Of a stretch of DNA of 64,000 nt, positions 63,983 through 64,000 are shown one piece after another; the first letter of the stretch is position 1; each line of letters starts with the position of its first letter. Where the stretch lies: NCBI GenBank assembly GCA_002633005.1, contig NMRA01000113.1:340441-404440 (forward strand), in the 5' to 3' direction. Under the pieces are notes generated by a model. That model saw nothing but the letters and a program-made list of their open reading frames with translations, had not been told where the DNA came from and searched no databases. A program made the position numbers and the translations under genes. The DNA comes from Phoronis australis (taxonomy: Eukaryota > Animalia > Phoronida).

Positions 63983-64000
63983 AAGTGATTCTATAGTTTT

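Overview
AT-rich, intron-rich animal genomic DNA, probably from an invertebrate. A lophotrochozoan such as a mollusc is a guess from gene style and repeats. Most entries in the ORF track are spurious; the real genes were assembled by hand from splice signals. (1) An Srrm2/3/4 ancestral-type gene (+, CDS 1468-16220) with an N-terminal cwf21 domain, all phase-2 introns and two alternative last exons, the distal one completing the eMIC microexon-enhancer domain. It also carries a candidate 14-nt UGC-preceded poison microexon. (2) A 16-exon NHE8/SLC9A8 Na+/H+ exchanger (+, 22595-43144) with a U12-type AT-AC intron. (3) A two-coding-exon voltage-gated proton channel Hv1/HVCN1 (-, 50743-47921), convergent with NHE8. 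(4) PRKRIP1 (+, 51717-55337), head-to-head with Hv1 and with a GC-AG intron. (5) A ~2.2 kb coiled-coil exon (-, 63982-61745), followed by apparently decayed CARD/death-domain-like exons. Introns and intergenic DNA hold hAT-type, Kolobok-type and palindromic MITEs, Helentron-like (HINE) repeats, a LINE 3' fragment, a THAP remnant, a tRNA-like SINE head and several minisatellites. All coordinates were read by eye and no database search was run.
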